From Megasphaera elsdenii DSM 20460 (GTDB lineage: Bacteria; Bacillota; Negativicutes; Veillonellales; Megasphaeraceae): a stretch of 32,000 bases of DNA. Positions 7,664-15,558 of this stretch are shown piece after piece. Under the pieces are notes generated by a model. That model searched no databases and was not told where the DNA came from. It was given only the letters and a program-made list of their open reading frames with translations. The stretch is taken from positions 690,001-722,000 of the forward strand of contig NZ_CP027570.1 of the NCBI RefSeq assembly GCF_003010495.1, written 5' to 3'. The translations under genes and the position numbers were made by a program. Positions within the stretch are counted from its first letter, which is position 1, and every line of letters begins with the position of its first letter.

Positions 7664-8443
7664 CTATAAATTATCTTCCAGCATGGCCCCTACGCTGTCA
7701 TAGACTTTGCGTGCCTGTTCCTGGATGGCCGGACGGGCCGTGGCGACGGTGTAGCCGTTATAGCCCAGAATCATGGGCAGGTCGTTGATTTCGTCGCCAA
7801 TGGCCAGGATGTCCGCACCGTCCCAGCCAAAGAGGGAGAGCGTGTGGGCAATGGCCTGTTGTTTACTGATATCGGAGGGAATGATGTCGACGGCGCAGCG
7901 GTTGGGATAAGCGTGGACAACGTCGCCGAAATGGGCATTGACCTGTTCGCTGGCCGCCAGGGCATCGTCAGGATTAGTGAAGCCCAGGGAATACTGGTGG
8001 ATTGTCTGAGGCAGGTGTTCAATGTCGTCTTCCGTCACCGGTACGATGGGATAATCCCATTCTTTCGCTTCCCGCCAGACCCAGGTACCCGGCAGATCAT
8101 GGCAGAGGTAGGTCCGGTCCTGCGAGGAAAAGGAAAAATGGAAGGACTTACGGACCCGTTCCAGTTTGCTGACGGCCTTGAGGACAGCCGGCTCGATGCG
8201 GGCTTCCCAGAGGACGCGTTCCTGGTCATCGCTGATGAGACCGCCATTATTGCAGGCCAGGTAGTCGTATTCGACGCCATAATGCTTGAGCTGGGGCATG
8301 AGCATGCCGTGGTCCCGGCCGGATACGACGCCGAATTTATGGCCTGCAGCCCGCCATTTGCGGATGGCTTCGGCATCACGGGCCGTAATGATATCGTCGC
8401 GGAACAAGGTCCCGTCATAATCGCTGGCAGCAACTTTTAACAT
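7664..8443 (-). CDS. HAD-superfamily (Cof-type, IIB) sugar phosphatase
   Basis: Motif I is SDYDGTL and motif IV is GDEINDLPM. I start it at ATG 8443 (MLKVAASDYDGT) behind a GAGGAGGAG RBS; the track start at 8458 overlaps the upstream stop. Confidence 0.85.
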   Translation of the reverse strand: MLKVAASDYDGTLFRDDIITARDAEAIRKWRAAGHKFGVVSGRDHGMLMPQLKHYGVEYDYLACNNGGLISDDQERVLWEARIEPAVLKAVSKLERVRKSFHFSFSSQDRTYLCHDLPGTWVWREAKEWDYPIVPVTEDDIEHLPQTIHQYSLGFTNPDDALAASEQVNAHFGDVVHAYPNRCAVDIIPSDISKQQAIAHTLSLFGWDGADILAIGDEINDLPMILGYNGYTVATARPAIQEQARKVYDSVGAMLEDNL

Positions 8444-8454
8444 AGTACTCCTCC

Positions 8455-10122
8455 TCATAACCGATAGACGACGGCTTCCGCCGGGCGCAGTCTGCCGGCT
8501 TCCGGGGCGCCATAGCTGCCCAGAAGGACCGTTGCGCCGTCCGTAAGGGACGCGTCATACTCGATGGTTTCGTTGGTAAAATTGACCAGCGTCAATGTCG
8601 CCTGGTCGTCTAAAATGCGCTTAAAAGCGTAAATGCGTTCGTCATCAGCCAGCAATTCTTCGTAGCGCCCTTGCTGCAATATGGCCGCCGCTTCCCCGTT
8701 GAAGCGTTCTGCCTGTATGCGGCGATAGTACTGGAGAACCGAATCGGCATCGGCTTCTTCCCCTTCGGCACAGCACTGCGGGTAATCGTCATGGACCGGG
8801 AGCCACGGTGTCCCCGTCGTAAAACCGGCCTGGGGAGCCGTCGTCCACTGCATAGGCGTCCGGGCATTGTCGCGGCTGTGGGCCTGGACGAGACGCAGGG
8901 CCTCTGCCGGCGCAAAGCCTTCGTCCAAAGCCAGCTGATACTGGCCGTGCGTCGAAATATCATTGTAGTCTTCGATGCGGGCAAAGGCCGTATTGGCCAT
9001 GCCCAGTTCCTGCCCTTCATAGATGAAAGGCGTACCGCGCAGGGTAAACAAGATGGTCGCCATGGCCTTGGCCGCCTTCTGCTTATCCGTCCCTTCGGGG
9101 AAATAGCGGTTGACACAACGTATCTGGTCGTGGTTCTCGAAGAAAATGGGATACCAGCCGTTGGCTGCCGTCGCCTGCTGGCTGTCGGACAGGGCCTTCT
9201 TGAGCTTGGTCAGGGGCCACGTTTCGGCCCGGTACCAGACTTCATCATCGGGAAATTCCAGATTCGTATGGCTGAACTCGAAGAGCATACTGAAGGCCCC
9301 GTCCTTGCCGACCCAGCGGGGCAGGTCGGCCGGCGTGACGCCATTGGCTTCGGCGACGGTGAAGATATCGTGGCCGTCGAAGACGTTGCGGCGAAATTCG
9401 TGGAGAAAATCGAGGATGCCCGGCGTATTGGCAATCATCTTGTGGATAGACGACAGGCCATCGGCGCCGTCGACCGGGCCGTCGGCCAAGACGGCCGGTT
9501 TCTTGATGTAGACGATGGCATCGATGCGGAAGCCGCCGACGCCTTTATCGATCCAGAAATTGGCCGCATCATAGAGGGCCTGGCGGACGGCCGGATTCTC
9601 CCAATTCAAATCGGGCTGTTCGACGGCGAAGGTGTGCAGGTAATACTGCTGCCGTTCTTCGCACCACGTCCAGGCCGGGCCGCCGAAGATAGAGCGCCAG
9701 TTCGTCGGCGCCGAACCGTCCTCTTTGGCATCGCGCCAGATGTACCAGTCGGCCTTGTCGTTAGTGCGGCTGCGTTTCGATTCCTGGAACCAGGCGTGCC
9801 GGTCCGACGTATGGTTATAGACCAGGTCCATGACGATGCGGATATCCCGCTTCTTCCCTTCGGCAATGAGGGTATCCATATCAGCCATCGTGCCATAGCG
9901 CGGGTCGATGGCCGTATAGTCGCTGATGTCATAGCCGTTGTCGACCATAGGCGACGGGTAGACCGGCGTCAGCCAGATGGCGCCGACGCCGAGTTTCCGG
10001 AGATAATCCAGGTGACGCGTCACGCCGGGAATATCGCCTTCGCCGCTGCCCGTCGTGTCCTGGAAGCTGCGGGGGTAAATCTGATAGACAGCCGTCTGCT
10101 GCCACCATTTCAAGGTATCCAT
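8455..10122 (-). CDS. GH13 alpha-glucosidase (oligo-1,6-glucosidase / trehalose-6-phosphate hydrolase family)
   Basis: Motifs QIYPRSFQD, DNGYDISDY, VMDLVYNHTS, GFRIDAI (nucleophile Asp), TVAEANG and FFENHDQIR. AGGAGG RBS. Exact substrate cannot be called from sequence. Confidence 0.9.
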   Translation of the reverse strand: MDTLKWWQQTAVYQIYPRSFQDTTGSGEGDIPGVTRHLDYLRKLGVGAIWLTPVYPSPMVDNGYDISDYTAIDPRYGTMADMDTLIAEGKKRDIRIVMDLVYNHTSDRHAWFQESKRSRTNDKADWYIWRDAKEDGSAPTNWRSIFGGPAWTWCEERQQYYLHTFAVEQPDLNWENPAVRQALYDAANFWIDKGVGGFRIDAIVYIKKPAVLADGPVDGADGLSSIHKMIANTPGILDFLHEFRRNVFDGHDIFTVAEANGVTPADLPRWVGKDGAFSMLFEFSHTNLEFPDDEVWYRAETWPLTKLKKALSDSQQATAANGWYPIFFENHDQIRCVNRYFPEGTDKQKAAKAMATILFTLRGTPFIYEGQELGMANTAFARIEDYNDISTHGQYQLALDEGFAPAEALRLVQAHSRDNARTPMQWTTAPQAGFTTGTPWLPVHDDYPQCCAEGEEADADSVLQYYRRIQAERFNGEAAAILQQGRYEELLADDERIYAFKRILDDQATLTLVNFTNETIEYDASLTDGATVLLGSYGAPEAGRLRPAEAVVYRL

Positions 10123-10131
10123 AAAAACCTC

Positions 10132-12294
10132 CTAGAAAATGACAATCGGTGTTTCGCCGGCGACGACAGGCTGGTCCGCTTCTTTCTTCATCTGCGGATA
10201 TTCTGTCGAGTTGGTGACGGCCATGATGACGATATCGTCATAACCGGCTTTGGCAATGGCATCGCGGTCGAAGCGGATCAAGGGGTCGCCAGCTTTGACC
10301 TGGGCGTCCTGCTGAGTCAGCAGGGTGAAACCTTCACCATTCATGTTGACCGTATCCAGGCCGATATGGATGAGGACTTCGGCGCCGTTGCTCAGTTCCA
10401 GACCAATAGCGTGGAGCGAGCTTTCCATGATCATAGAAACGGTCGCATCAGCCGGTGCAACGACGGTGTCGCTCGACGGTTTGATAGCCACGCCGTCACC
10501 CATCATCTTCTGGGAGAAGGCATCGTCCGGCACTTCGCTGATATCGACGAGGTCGCCGGAAACGAAGGCTTTCAGCTTCATGGAACGGTCGTCTTCATCG
10601 ACGGAAACGACGGCTTCAGCAGCCGGAGCGGCCGTTTTTTCTGCCGGGGCTTCTTTCGTTTCCGGAACTGTACTTTCTGCGACTGCCGGCATTTCCCCTT
10701 TCATGAGGGCATCGAAGTGGCCGCGGACATTGGGGACGGACAAGCCGACGATGACCTGGATGGCATGACCGTTCTTGACCAGACCGAAGGCACCGGCATT
10801 GGTGAACTTGCTGGTCGCAGCGACTTTATCCGGGTCGTTGACCGTGACGCGCAGGCGGGTCGCACAGTTAGTGACTTCGCGGATGTTGTCCGGGCCGCCG
10901 AGGCAGTCGAGGAAGACCTGCGCTTTCAGGGCATCGGCGCCGCCGGCAATGCCTTTCTTTTCCATTTCTTTCTTGGCTTTATATTCCGCTTTGGTGAACA
11001 ATTTATCTTCGCCGCCATCGTCGGTACGGCCCGGCGTAGGCAAATCGAAGTGAAGGATGAGGAAGCGGAAGACGACGAAGTAAATAGCCGTGAATCCGAG
11101 GCCGATGGCAATCTGTAAAATGTACGTCCAGGCATGATAGCGGAACAAGGGAATCCAGTTCTGGACGAAGCAGTCGATGAGGCCGCCGCCGAAGTTGCCC
11201 GACAGGCCGATGAAATAGAGCGTCGCCGACAAGGTAGCCGCTAAGACGGCATGGACGACATAGAGGATCGGGGCGACGAACAAGAAGGTAAATTCAATCG
11301 GTTCGGTAATGCCGCAGAGGACGGCTGTAATCGTAGCCGGAATGAGCAGGGTAGCGACTTTCTTGCGCTTTTCCGGTTTGGCACAATAGTACATGGCCAG
11401 GGCTGCGCCAGGCAGGCCGAAGACTTTGGCACTGCCGTGAAGGGCAAAGCCGCCTTGGGGGAACAGGTCCCGCAGGGAATGAGCACTGGTGGCGAAGTCA
11501 TTGAGGTGCTGCAGCCAGTACGCCTGGATGCCACCGTCGCAGACAGCCGGGCCGTAGATGAAGGGCAGATAGATGAAGTGGTGCAGACCGGCCGGCAAGA
11601 GGATGCGTTCCGAGAAGGTGTACGCCCAGACGCCGAAGATGCCGCTGGTCTTGAGGAAGAACTGGAACTGTTCGATGCCGTGCTGGATGGGCGGCCAGAT
11701 GTAGCAGAAGAGGAGCGCCATGGGCAGCATGACCAGGAAACCGACAGCGACGACGAAGGCCGGGCCCTTGAAGATGCCGAGCCAGTCCGGGATTTCTGTA
11801 TCATAAAAACGGTTATGCAAGTACGCCGAGATGCAGGCGATGAAGATAGCGCCGAGCATGCCCATGTCCAGGGTCTTGATGTTGGCAATCATGGCCAGTC
11901 CCGTACCGGCACCGGCGTCCTGACTGTAATCGACGCCGAAGTAACTGCCGTGCAGGGTCAGGATACCGGCGATGAAATAGTTGAAGACCATGTAGATGAC
12001 GAAGCCTTCCATGGCGCAGCGGGCCTGTTCCTTCTTGGCAAAGCCAATGGGAACGGCGATGGCAAAGAGGATCGGCATCTGATTGAAGACCGTCCAGGCC
12101 CCCTGCTGGACGACGTACCAGAAATCGTACCAGAGAGTCCCTTTTTCTGCCAGGCTGCCGAAGAGACCCGTGTTGCTGAAGATGATCGACAAGGCGACGG
12201 TCAGCCCGAAGAAGGCGAATAAGATGACCGGTGTGTACATAGCGCCGCCAAAACGCTGCAATTCCTGCATCACACGGTCTTTGTTGAATGACAT
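10132..12294 (-). CDS. PTS glucose-family alpha-glucoside-type transporter, fused EIIC-EIIB-EIIA
   Basis: The N-terminus MSFNKDRVMQELQRFGGAMYTPVILFAFFG resembles GlvC/MalP-type EIIC proteins. EIIB is LGGPDNIREVTNCATRLRV and EIIA-Glc is HAIGLEL...LIHIGLDTV. I start it at ATG 12294 (GGGAGGAA RBS), not the track start at 12375. Confidence 0.9.
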   Translation of the reverse strand: MSFNKDRVMQELQRFGGAMYTPVILFAFFGLTVALSIIFSNTGLFGSLAEKGTLWYDFWYVVQQGAWTVFNQMPILFAIAVPIGFAKKEQARCAMEGFVIYMVFNYFIAGILTLHGSYFGVDYSQDAGAGTGLAMIANIKTLDMGMLGAIFIACISAYLHNRFYDTEIPDWLGIFKGPAFVVAVGFLVMLPMALLFCYIWPPIQHGIEQFQFFLKTSGIFGVWAYTFSERILLPAGLHHFIYLPFIYGPAVCDGGIQAYWLQHLNDFATSAHSLRDLFPQGGFALHGSAKVFGLPGAALAMYYCAKPEKRKKVATLLIPATITAVLCGITEPIEFTFLFVAPILYVVHAVLAATLSATLYFIGLSGNFGGGLIDCFVQNWIPLFRYHAWTYILQIAIGLGFTAIYFVVFRFLILHFDLPTPGRTDDGGEDKLFTKAEYKAKKEMEKKGIAGGADALKAQVFLDCLGGPDNIREVTNCATRLRVTVNDPDKVAATSKFTNAGAFGLVKNGHAIQVIVGLSVPNVRGHFDALMKGEMPAVAESTVPETKEAPAEKTAAPAAEAVVSVDEDDRSMKLKAFVSGDLVDISEVPDDAFSQKMMGDGVAIKPSSDTVVAPADATVSMIMESSLHAIGLELSNGAEVLIHIGLDTVNMNGEGFTLLTQQDAQVKAGDPLIRFDRDAIAKAGYDDIVIMAVTNSTEYPQMKKEADQPVVAGETPIVIF

Positions 12295-12354
12295 ATGCAA
12301 TTCCTCCCGTTTGTGAAACAAAGTACATAAGATTATCGTTAGTAACAGGATATA

Positions 12355-12390
12355 CAAAAAACGCCGCGAATACAATAGATTCGCGGCGTT
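12355..12390 (-). terminator. Rho-independent terminator after the rpiR-family gene
   Basis: On the minus strand: AACGCCGCGAAT-ctattgt-ATTCGCGGCGTT then TTTTT, with a 12-bp perfect stem. Confidence 0.75.
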
Positions 12391-12445
12391 CTGGCACGTG
12401 GCCCCCGGCCTGTAACCTGGTACATTTCCTGTACTTTAGTACAGC

Positions 12446-13234
12446 CTATCGGGAAGCCTCTTTTCCTTGTTTTAAGTGGTGCAGATACATACAATATTTC
12501 ACATACCAGATTTCAGCCAGGATGAAGTAGGGCATCATGGACTGGAAAGCGACGTGGTCATCCTCCTTATCATAGAGCTGGAACCGGGCCGGTGAAACGT
12601 AAAAATTGACCGTCGACAACGACGCCAGGGTATTGTCATGCAAGCGGGTAATGGAAATAAAGGGAATATCCCGTAATTTCAAAGCCTGGGCCAATTCCTT
12701 GACAGCCGGCGATTCGCCGGAAAAGGAAACGATGATGAATAAGTCGTCTTTGGTCATGGTCCGGATGAGATTGCGAAATTCTTCCCGCGCCGGCACGTCG
12801 TAGAGCATGACATTGTCGTAGAAAAACAGGCGTTTCAATTCCTGGACGACATTATTCTGGACGTAGCCTGACGCATAGGTAAAAATCCGGTTGGCCTCAT
12901 GGACGAGGGCACTGGCATTATCGAAGTTGCGGCTGCAGAGCTTGTCCACGGTCTGCTCATAGAAGCGATGGAGTTCATCCATGACATTCGCATCATAGCA
13001 GGACCCTTCCGGTTCTTCCCGCTTGAGGAGCATCTTAAATTCGCCAAAGCCGTCGAGGTCCAGTTTCTGGGCAAAGCGGACGATCGTCGTCGTCGAAACG
13101 TGACAGGCCTTGGCCAGCTCATGAATCGAGCTGTGGCGGACGGCAGCGCGGTGCTGCAAAATGTACTTCCAGATTCCCATATCCGTATTGTTGAGTTTCT
13201 GGCGATGGGCGTTGATGAGTTCGGCAAGTTGCAT
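12446..13234 (-). CDS. RpiR/MurR-family transcriptional regulator (HTH_6 + SIS)
   Basis: The N-terminal HTH is SIHELAKACHVSTTTIVRFAQKLDLDGFGEFK. The C-terminal SIS fold includes LFIIVSFSGESP. I start it at ATG 13234 (AAGGGGGA RBS); the track start at 13252 is a GTG with no RBS. Confidence 0.9.
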   Translation of the reverse strand: MQLAELINAHRQKLNNTDMGIWKYILQHRAAVRHSSIHELAKACHVSTTTIVRFAQKLDLDGFGEFKMLLKREEPEGSCYDANVMDELHRFYEQTVDKLCSRNFDNASALVHEANRIFTYASGYVQNNVVQELKRLFFYDNVMLYDVPAREEFRNLIRTMTKDDLFIIVSFSGESPAVKELAQALKLRDIPFISITRLHDNTLASLSTVNFYVSPARFQLYDKEDDHVAFQSMMPYFILAEIWYVKYCMYLHHLKQGKEASR

Positions 13235-13299
13235 GGCTGGTTCCCCCTTCACGAAACAGGCCCCGGCGGAAAACTCCGCAGGGGCCGGGCTATAGTTTC

Positions 13300-13328
13300 A
13301 TTATAAGGAATCCCGGGAGGAACGTCAA
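13300..13328 (-). promoter_or_regulatory. Sigma-70-type promoter for the rpiR-family gene
   Basis: On the minus strand: TTGACG (13328-13323), a 17-nt spacer, then TATAAT (13305-13300). Confidence 0.55.
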
Positions 13329-13350
13329 GCCGGTAGGGGGCTGTGTACAG

Positions 13351-13381
13351 AAAAAGGCGGCCCATCATGCAGGGCCTTTTT
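13351..13381 (-). terminator. Terminator after the hexokinase gene
   Basis: On the minus strand: AAAAGGCCC-tgcatgat-GGGCCGCCTTTTT, immediately after the stop at 13381-13383. Confidence 0.6.
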
Positions 13382-14625
13382 CAAAGTTTGTAGCACGAAA
13401 GCGCCGCAGCGATGGCGGCTCCTACGGACGCACCGTTGCTGTTGGGGGCTACATGGATGCGGGTATTTTCAGTCGGTGCCATGCAGAAGATGCAGATAGC
13501 ATCTTCGATGAGGGACGGCACCCCTTTGATCTTTTCGACCAGGCTGCCTTCGATGGCGATGGACTGTTCCGTAACCCCCTTCCCCTGAGCCAGGTGGCTG
13601 AGGATCCCGAAGCTGGCCGCCCCGATGAGCCGGGCTGCCCGGGCAAAGACAGCCCGAACCAGGGCACAGAGCCATTCTTGTTCTTCCTCACTGACGGCAA
13701 ATCCCAGGATAGCTTCGGCCGTCTTCTGACCGGAAATGAGTTCGTTCATATCGCGCGTCGTGAACTCAGGAATCGCCTTTTTAAGGTATTCACCAAAGAC
13801 GGCACGGCAGACTTCGCTCAAATACCGGCCGCCAATCATCTTTTCAAAGGGATGGTCTCCAGGCTGCTGGGACGCTTCATCGACGAGGCGGTCCCAGACT
13901 GTCGCCGGGGCGCCATCGAAGCCGGCCGCTTCCAGGTTGACGATCATCTGCAGGGCCGGTTCATAATAACACATGTTGAAACCCGTGCCGCAGACGATGC
14001 CGATATGCGACGGGTTATGCTGATAAACAGAAGATAACAGGGTCGCCGTCGTATCGTTGAGCAGGGCCACCGGTTCGATGCGGTCCAGGCCGGCCCGGAC
14101 CAGGGCTTCTTTCAGCAGGCCGTTGATGGGCTTGCCAGCGACGCCGGGAACGGCGATTTCCTTAGACCAGGCGATGAGACGGGCATCCTTAGCTGACGTC
14201 TGGTCAACAGCAAAAGAAAAGGTAAAGCCCAATTTATAGTCCTGATTGCCATCAGCCGCTTCTTTGACGATGGCGGCGATGAAATCGAAGAGTTCTTCTG
14301 CCGTCGTCGATGAACAGGTATAGTCATAGTCGGCACATTTCAAGGGTTTGGCCACCTTACGTTCTACGACAAAGCCCTGTTCTCCCATAAGGCGGATGCG
14401 CGAAGCCCGGACATTGGTACCGCCGAAATCCAGGGCTAAGAACGTCCCCATTTCCCGTCCCGTCGGCAAGCCCAGATAGGTGCGCAGGGCAGAAAGGGAA
14501 CTCGACTTCCCGGCCAAGGCGTCTTCAGCGTCCTTCCGGAAGTGCTGTGCTAGTTCCCGCAGTTCCGCGCCGGATAGCTGCAAAGCCTGTCTCATTGATT
14601 CCCAATTTTTTATCGTGTCTGCCAT
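13381..14625 (-). CDS. Hexokinase-family (eukaryote-type) sugar kinase
   Basis: Hexokinase signatures are LALDFGGTNVR, LGFTFSF, WSKEI, LLNDTTATLL and GIVCGTGFN. I start it at ATG 14625 (MADTIKN) with an AGGAGG RBS. Confidence 0.85.
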   Translation of the reverse strand: MADTIKNWESMRQALQLSGAELRELAQHFRKDAEDALAGKSSSLSALRTYLGLPTGREMGTFLALDFGGTNVRASRIRLMGEQGFVVERKVAKPLKCADYDYTCSSTTAEELFDFIAAIVKEAADGNQDYKLGFTFSFAVDQTSAKDARLIAWSKEIAVPGVAGKPINGLLKEALVRAGLDRIEPVALLNDTTATLLSSVYQHNPSHIGIVCGTGFNMCYYEPALQMIVNLEAAGFDGAPATVWDRLVDEASQQPGDHPFEKMIGGRYLSEVCRAVFGEYLKKAIPEFTTRDMNELISGQKTAEAILGFAVSEEEQEWLCALVRAVFARAARLIGAASFGILSHLAQGKGVTEQSIAIEGSLVEKIKGVPSLIEDAICIFCMAPTENTRIHVAPNSNGASVGAAIAAALSCYKL

Positions 14626-14777
14626 AATTATCGGCCTCCTGTCTGTACGCAAAAACATCTATACTCCCATGATAATGAAAAAAGCCCGTAAAGACAATGC
14701 CTTTACAGACTTTCGGTTCCGCGACACGACAATGGATGGTAGTACAAAATATGGATATTGGTACAGGCGCTGCGCGC

Positions 14778-14839
14778 AAAAAGAGGATATCGCATTAAGC
14801 AAAAACCGAAAAACCGCATAATGCGACATCCTCTTTTTT
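14778..14839. terminator. Long bidirectional hairpin with T-tracts, downstream of the tRNA operon
   Basis: AAGAGGATATCGCATTA-(21-nt loop)-TAATGCGACATCCTCTT followed by TTTTT on the plus strand and by TTTT on the minus strand. Confidence 0.5.
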
Positions 14840-14927
14840 GAGTTTGAAGTTGAAAGTTTGATGTTTGATGTGGATGGTTTTAAATTTAAAGCTATCGCAT
14901 CAAACCTCATACATCAAACCTCAAACT
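14840..14927 (+). repeat. Heptamer-built imperfect palindrome, copy A
   Basis: The left arm is GTTTGAA GTTGAAA GTTTGAT GTTTGAT GTGGATG, the loop is TTTTAAATTTAAAG and the right arm is CATCAAACCTCATACATCAAACCTCAAACT. It shares an 18-nt identical core, AAGTTTGATGTTTGATGT, with copy B. Confidence 0.65.
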
Positions 14928-14994
14928 AATATAAATAAAAAGGAACCGTGCACGATGGTAAAAACCTTCATGCTCCAGTTCCTTGAATAGAGTT

Positions 14995-15070
14995 TGGTGG
15001 GCGATAACAGGATCGAACTGCTGACATCCTGCTTGTAAGGCAGGCGCTCTCCCAGCTGAGCTAATCGCCC
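14995..15070 (-). tRNA. tRNA-Val (UAC)
   Basis: Reverse complement: GGGCGATTAGCTCAGCTGGGAGAGCGCCTGCCTTACAAGCAGGATGTCAGCAGTTCGATCCTGTTATCGCCCACCA. Anticodon loop CTTACAA; CCA is encoded. Confidence 0.92.
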
Positions 15071-15073
15071 AAG

Positions 15074-15149
15074 TGGTGACCCCTACGGGATTTGAACCCA
15101 TGTTCTCGCCGTGAAAGGGCGATGTCTTAGACCGCTTGACCAAGGGGCC
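15074..15149 (-). tRNA. tRNA-Glu (UUC)
   Basis: Reverse complement: GGCCCCTTGGTCAAGCGGTCTAAGACATCGCCCTTTCACGGCGAGAACATGGGTTCAAATCCCGTAGGGGTCACCA. Anticodon loop CTTTCAC. Confidence 0.92.
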
Positions 15150-15164
15150 ACGTAATGTGGAATG

Positions 15165-15240
15165 TGGTGATCCACCCGAGATTCGAACTCGGGACACCCT
15201 GATTAAAAGTCAGGTGCTCTGCCAACTGAGCTAGTGGATC
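15165..15240 (-). tRNA. tRNA-Lys (UUU)
   Basis: Reverse complement: GATCCACTAGCTCAGTTGGCAGAGCACCTGACTTTTAATCAGGGTGTCCCGAGTTCGAATCTCGGGTGGATCACCA. Anticodon loop CTTTTAA. Confidence 0.92.
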
Positions 15241-15244
15241 ATAA

Positions 15245-15319
15245 TGGCAGGGGTAGTAGGATTCGAACCTACGGATGACGGAGTCAGAGTCCGTTGCCTT
15301 ACCGCTTGGCGACACCCCT
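15245..15319 (-). tRNA. tRNA-Gln (CUG)
   Basis: Reverse complement: AGGGGTGTCGCCAAGCGGTAAGGCAACGGACTCTGACTCCGTCATCCGTAGGTTCGAATCCTACTACCCCTGCCA. Anticodon loop CTCTGAC. Confidence 0.9.
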
Positions 15320-15322
15320 GTA

Positions 15323-15398
15323 TGGCTCCTCAAGTAGGACTCGAACCTACGACAAATCGGTTAACAGCCGATTGCTCTACCAACTGAGCTATTGAGGA
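15323..15398 (-). tRNA. tRNA-Asn (GUU)
   Basis: Reverse complement: TCCTCAATAGCTCAGTTGGTAGAGCAATCGGCTGTTAACCGATTTGTCGTAGGTTCGAGTCCTACTTGAGGAGCCA. Anticodon loop CTGTTAA. Confidence 0.92.
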
Positions 15399-15403
15399 AT
15401 AAA

Positions 15404-15478
15404 TGGAGCGGAAAACGAGACTCGAACTCGCGACCCCCACCTTGGCAAGGTGATGCTCTACCACTGAGCTACTTCCGC
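15404..15478 (-). tRNA. tRNA-Gly (GCC)
   Basis: Reverse complement: GCGGAAGTAGCTCAGTGGTAGAGCATCACCTTGCCAAGGTGGGGGTCGCGAGTTCGAGTCTCGTTTTCCGCTCCA. Anticodon loop TTGCCAA. Confidence 0.92.
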
Positions 15479-15509
15479 ATGTATGCTGTCTGTTTCAGAA
15501 GACTTGATT

Positions 15510-15538
15510 ATAATACCAAATCCACAGTATTTTGTCAA
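15510..15538 (-). promoter_or_regulatory. Near-consensus sigma-70 promoter of the six-tRNA operon
   Basis: On the minus strand: TTGACA (15538-15533), a 17-nt spacer, then TATTAT (15515-10), with an A/T-rich UP-like tract upstream. It lies about 30 nt before tRNA-Gly. Confidence 0.7.
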
Positions 15539-15558
15539 GAGATTTTTTACATTTTTTT

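Noticed and set aside
8671-11118. An 815-aa ORF on the plus strand spanning two genes.
   Set aside because: It runs antisense to the GH13 glucosidase and PTS genes and crosses their intergenic junction. Its product is Arg/Gly/Asp/Val-rich with no recognisable motif and it has no RBS. The minus-strand products carry unambiguous family signatures. Long antisense ORFs are expected with this GC3-biased codon usage.
12312-12327. A cre-like (CcpA) site, TGTGAAACAAAGTACA, upstream of the PTS gene.
   Set aside because: It lacks the central CG of the cre consensus and matches only the outer positions. It sits between the RBS and the likely promoter, so I cannot support it.
12295-12375. N-terminal extensions suggested by the ORF track. 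Examples are PTS MYSRRFLYILLL, and similar extensions at 1462-1491, 2311-2346, 8444-8458, 13235-13252, 14626-14658, 15914-15979, 19639-19692, 21271-21306 and 24442-24453.
   Set aside because: In each case an internal ATG has a canonical GGAGG-type RBS at 5-10 nt and the family-typical N-terminus. The upstream start has no RBS or overlaps promoter or terminator sequence.
14930-14994. A possible terminator right after tRNA-Val (AAGGAAC...GTTCCTTTTTATTT on the minus strand).
   Set aside because: A 7-bp stem encloses a loop of about 30 nt, which is too weak to call. The long hairpin at 14778-14839 is the better candidate.
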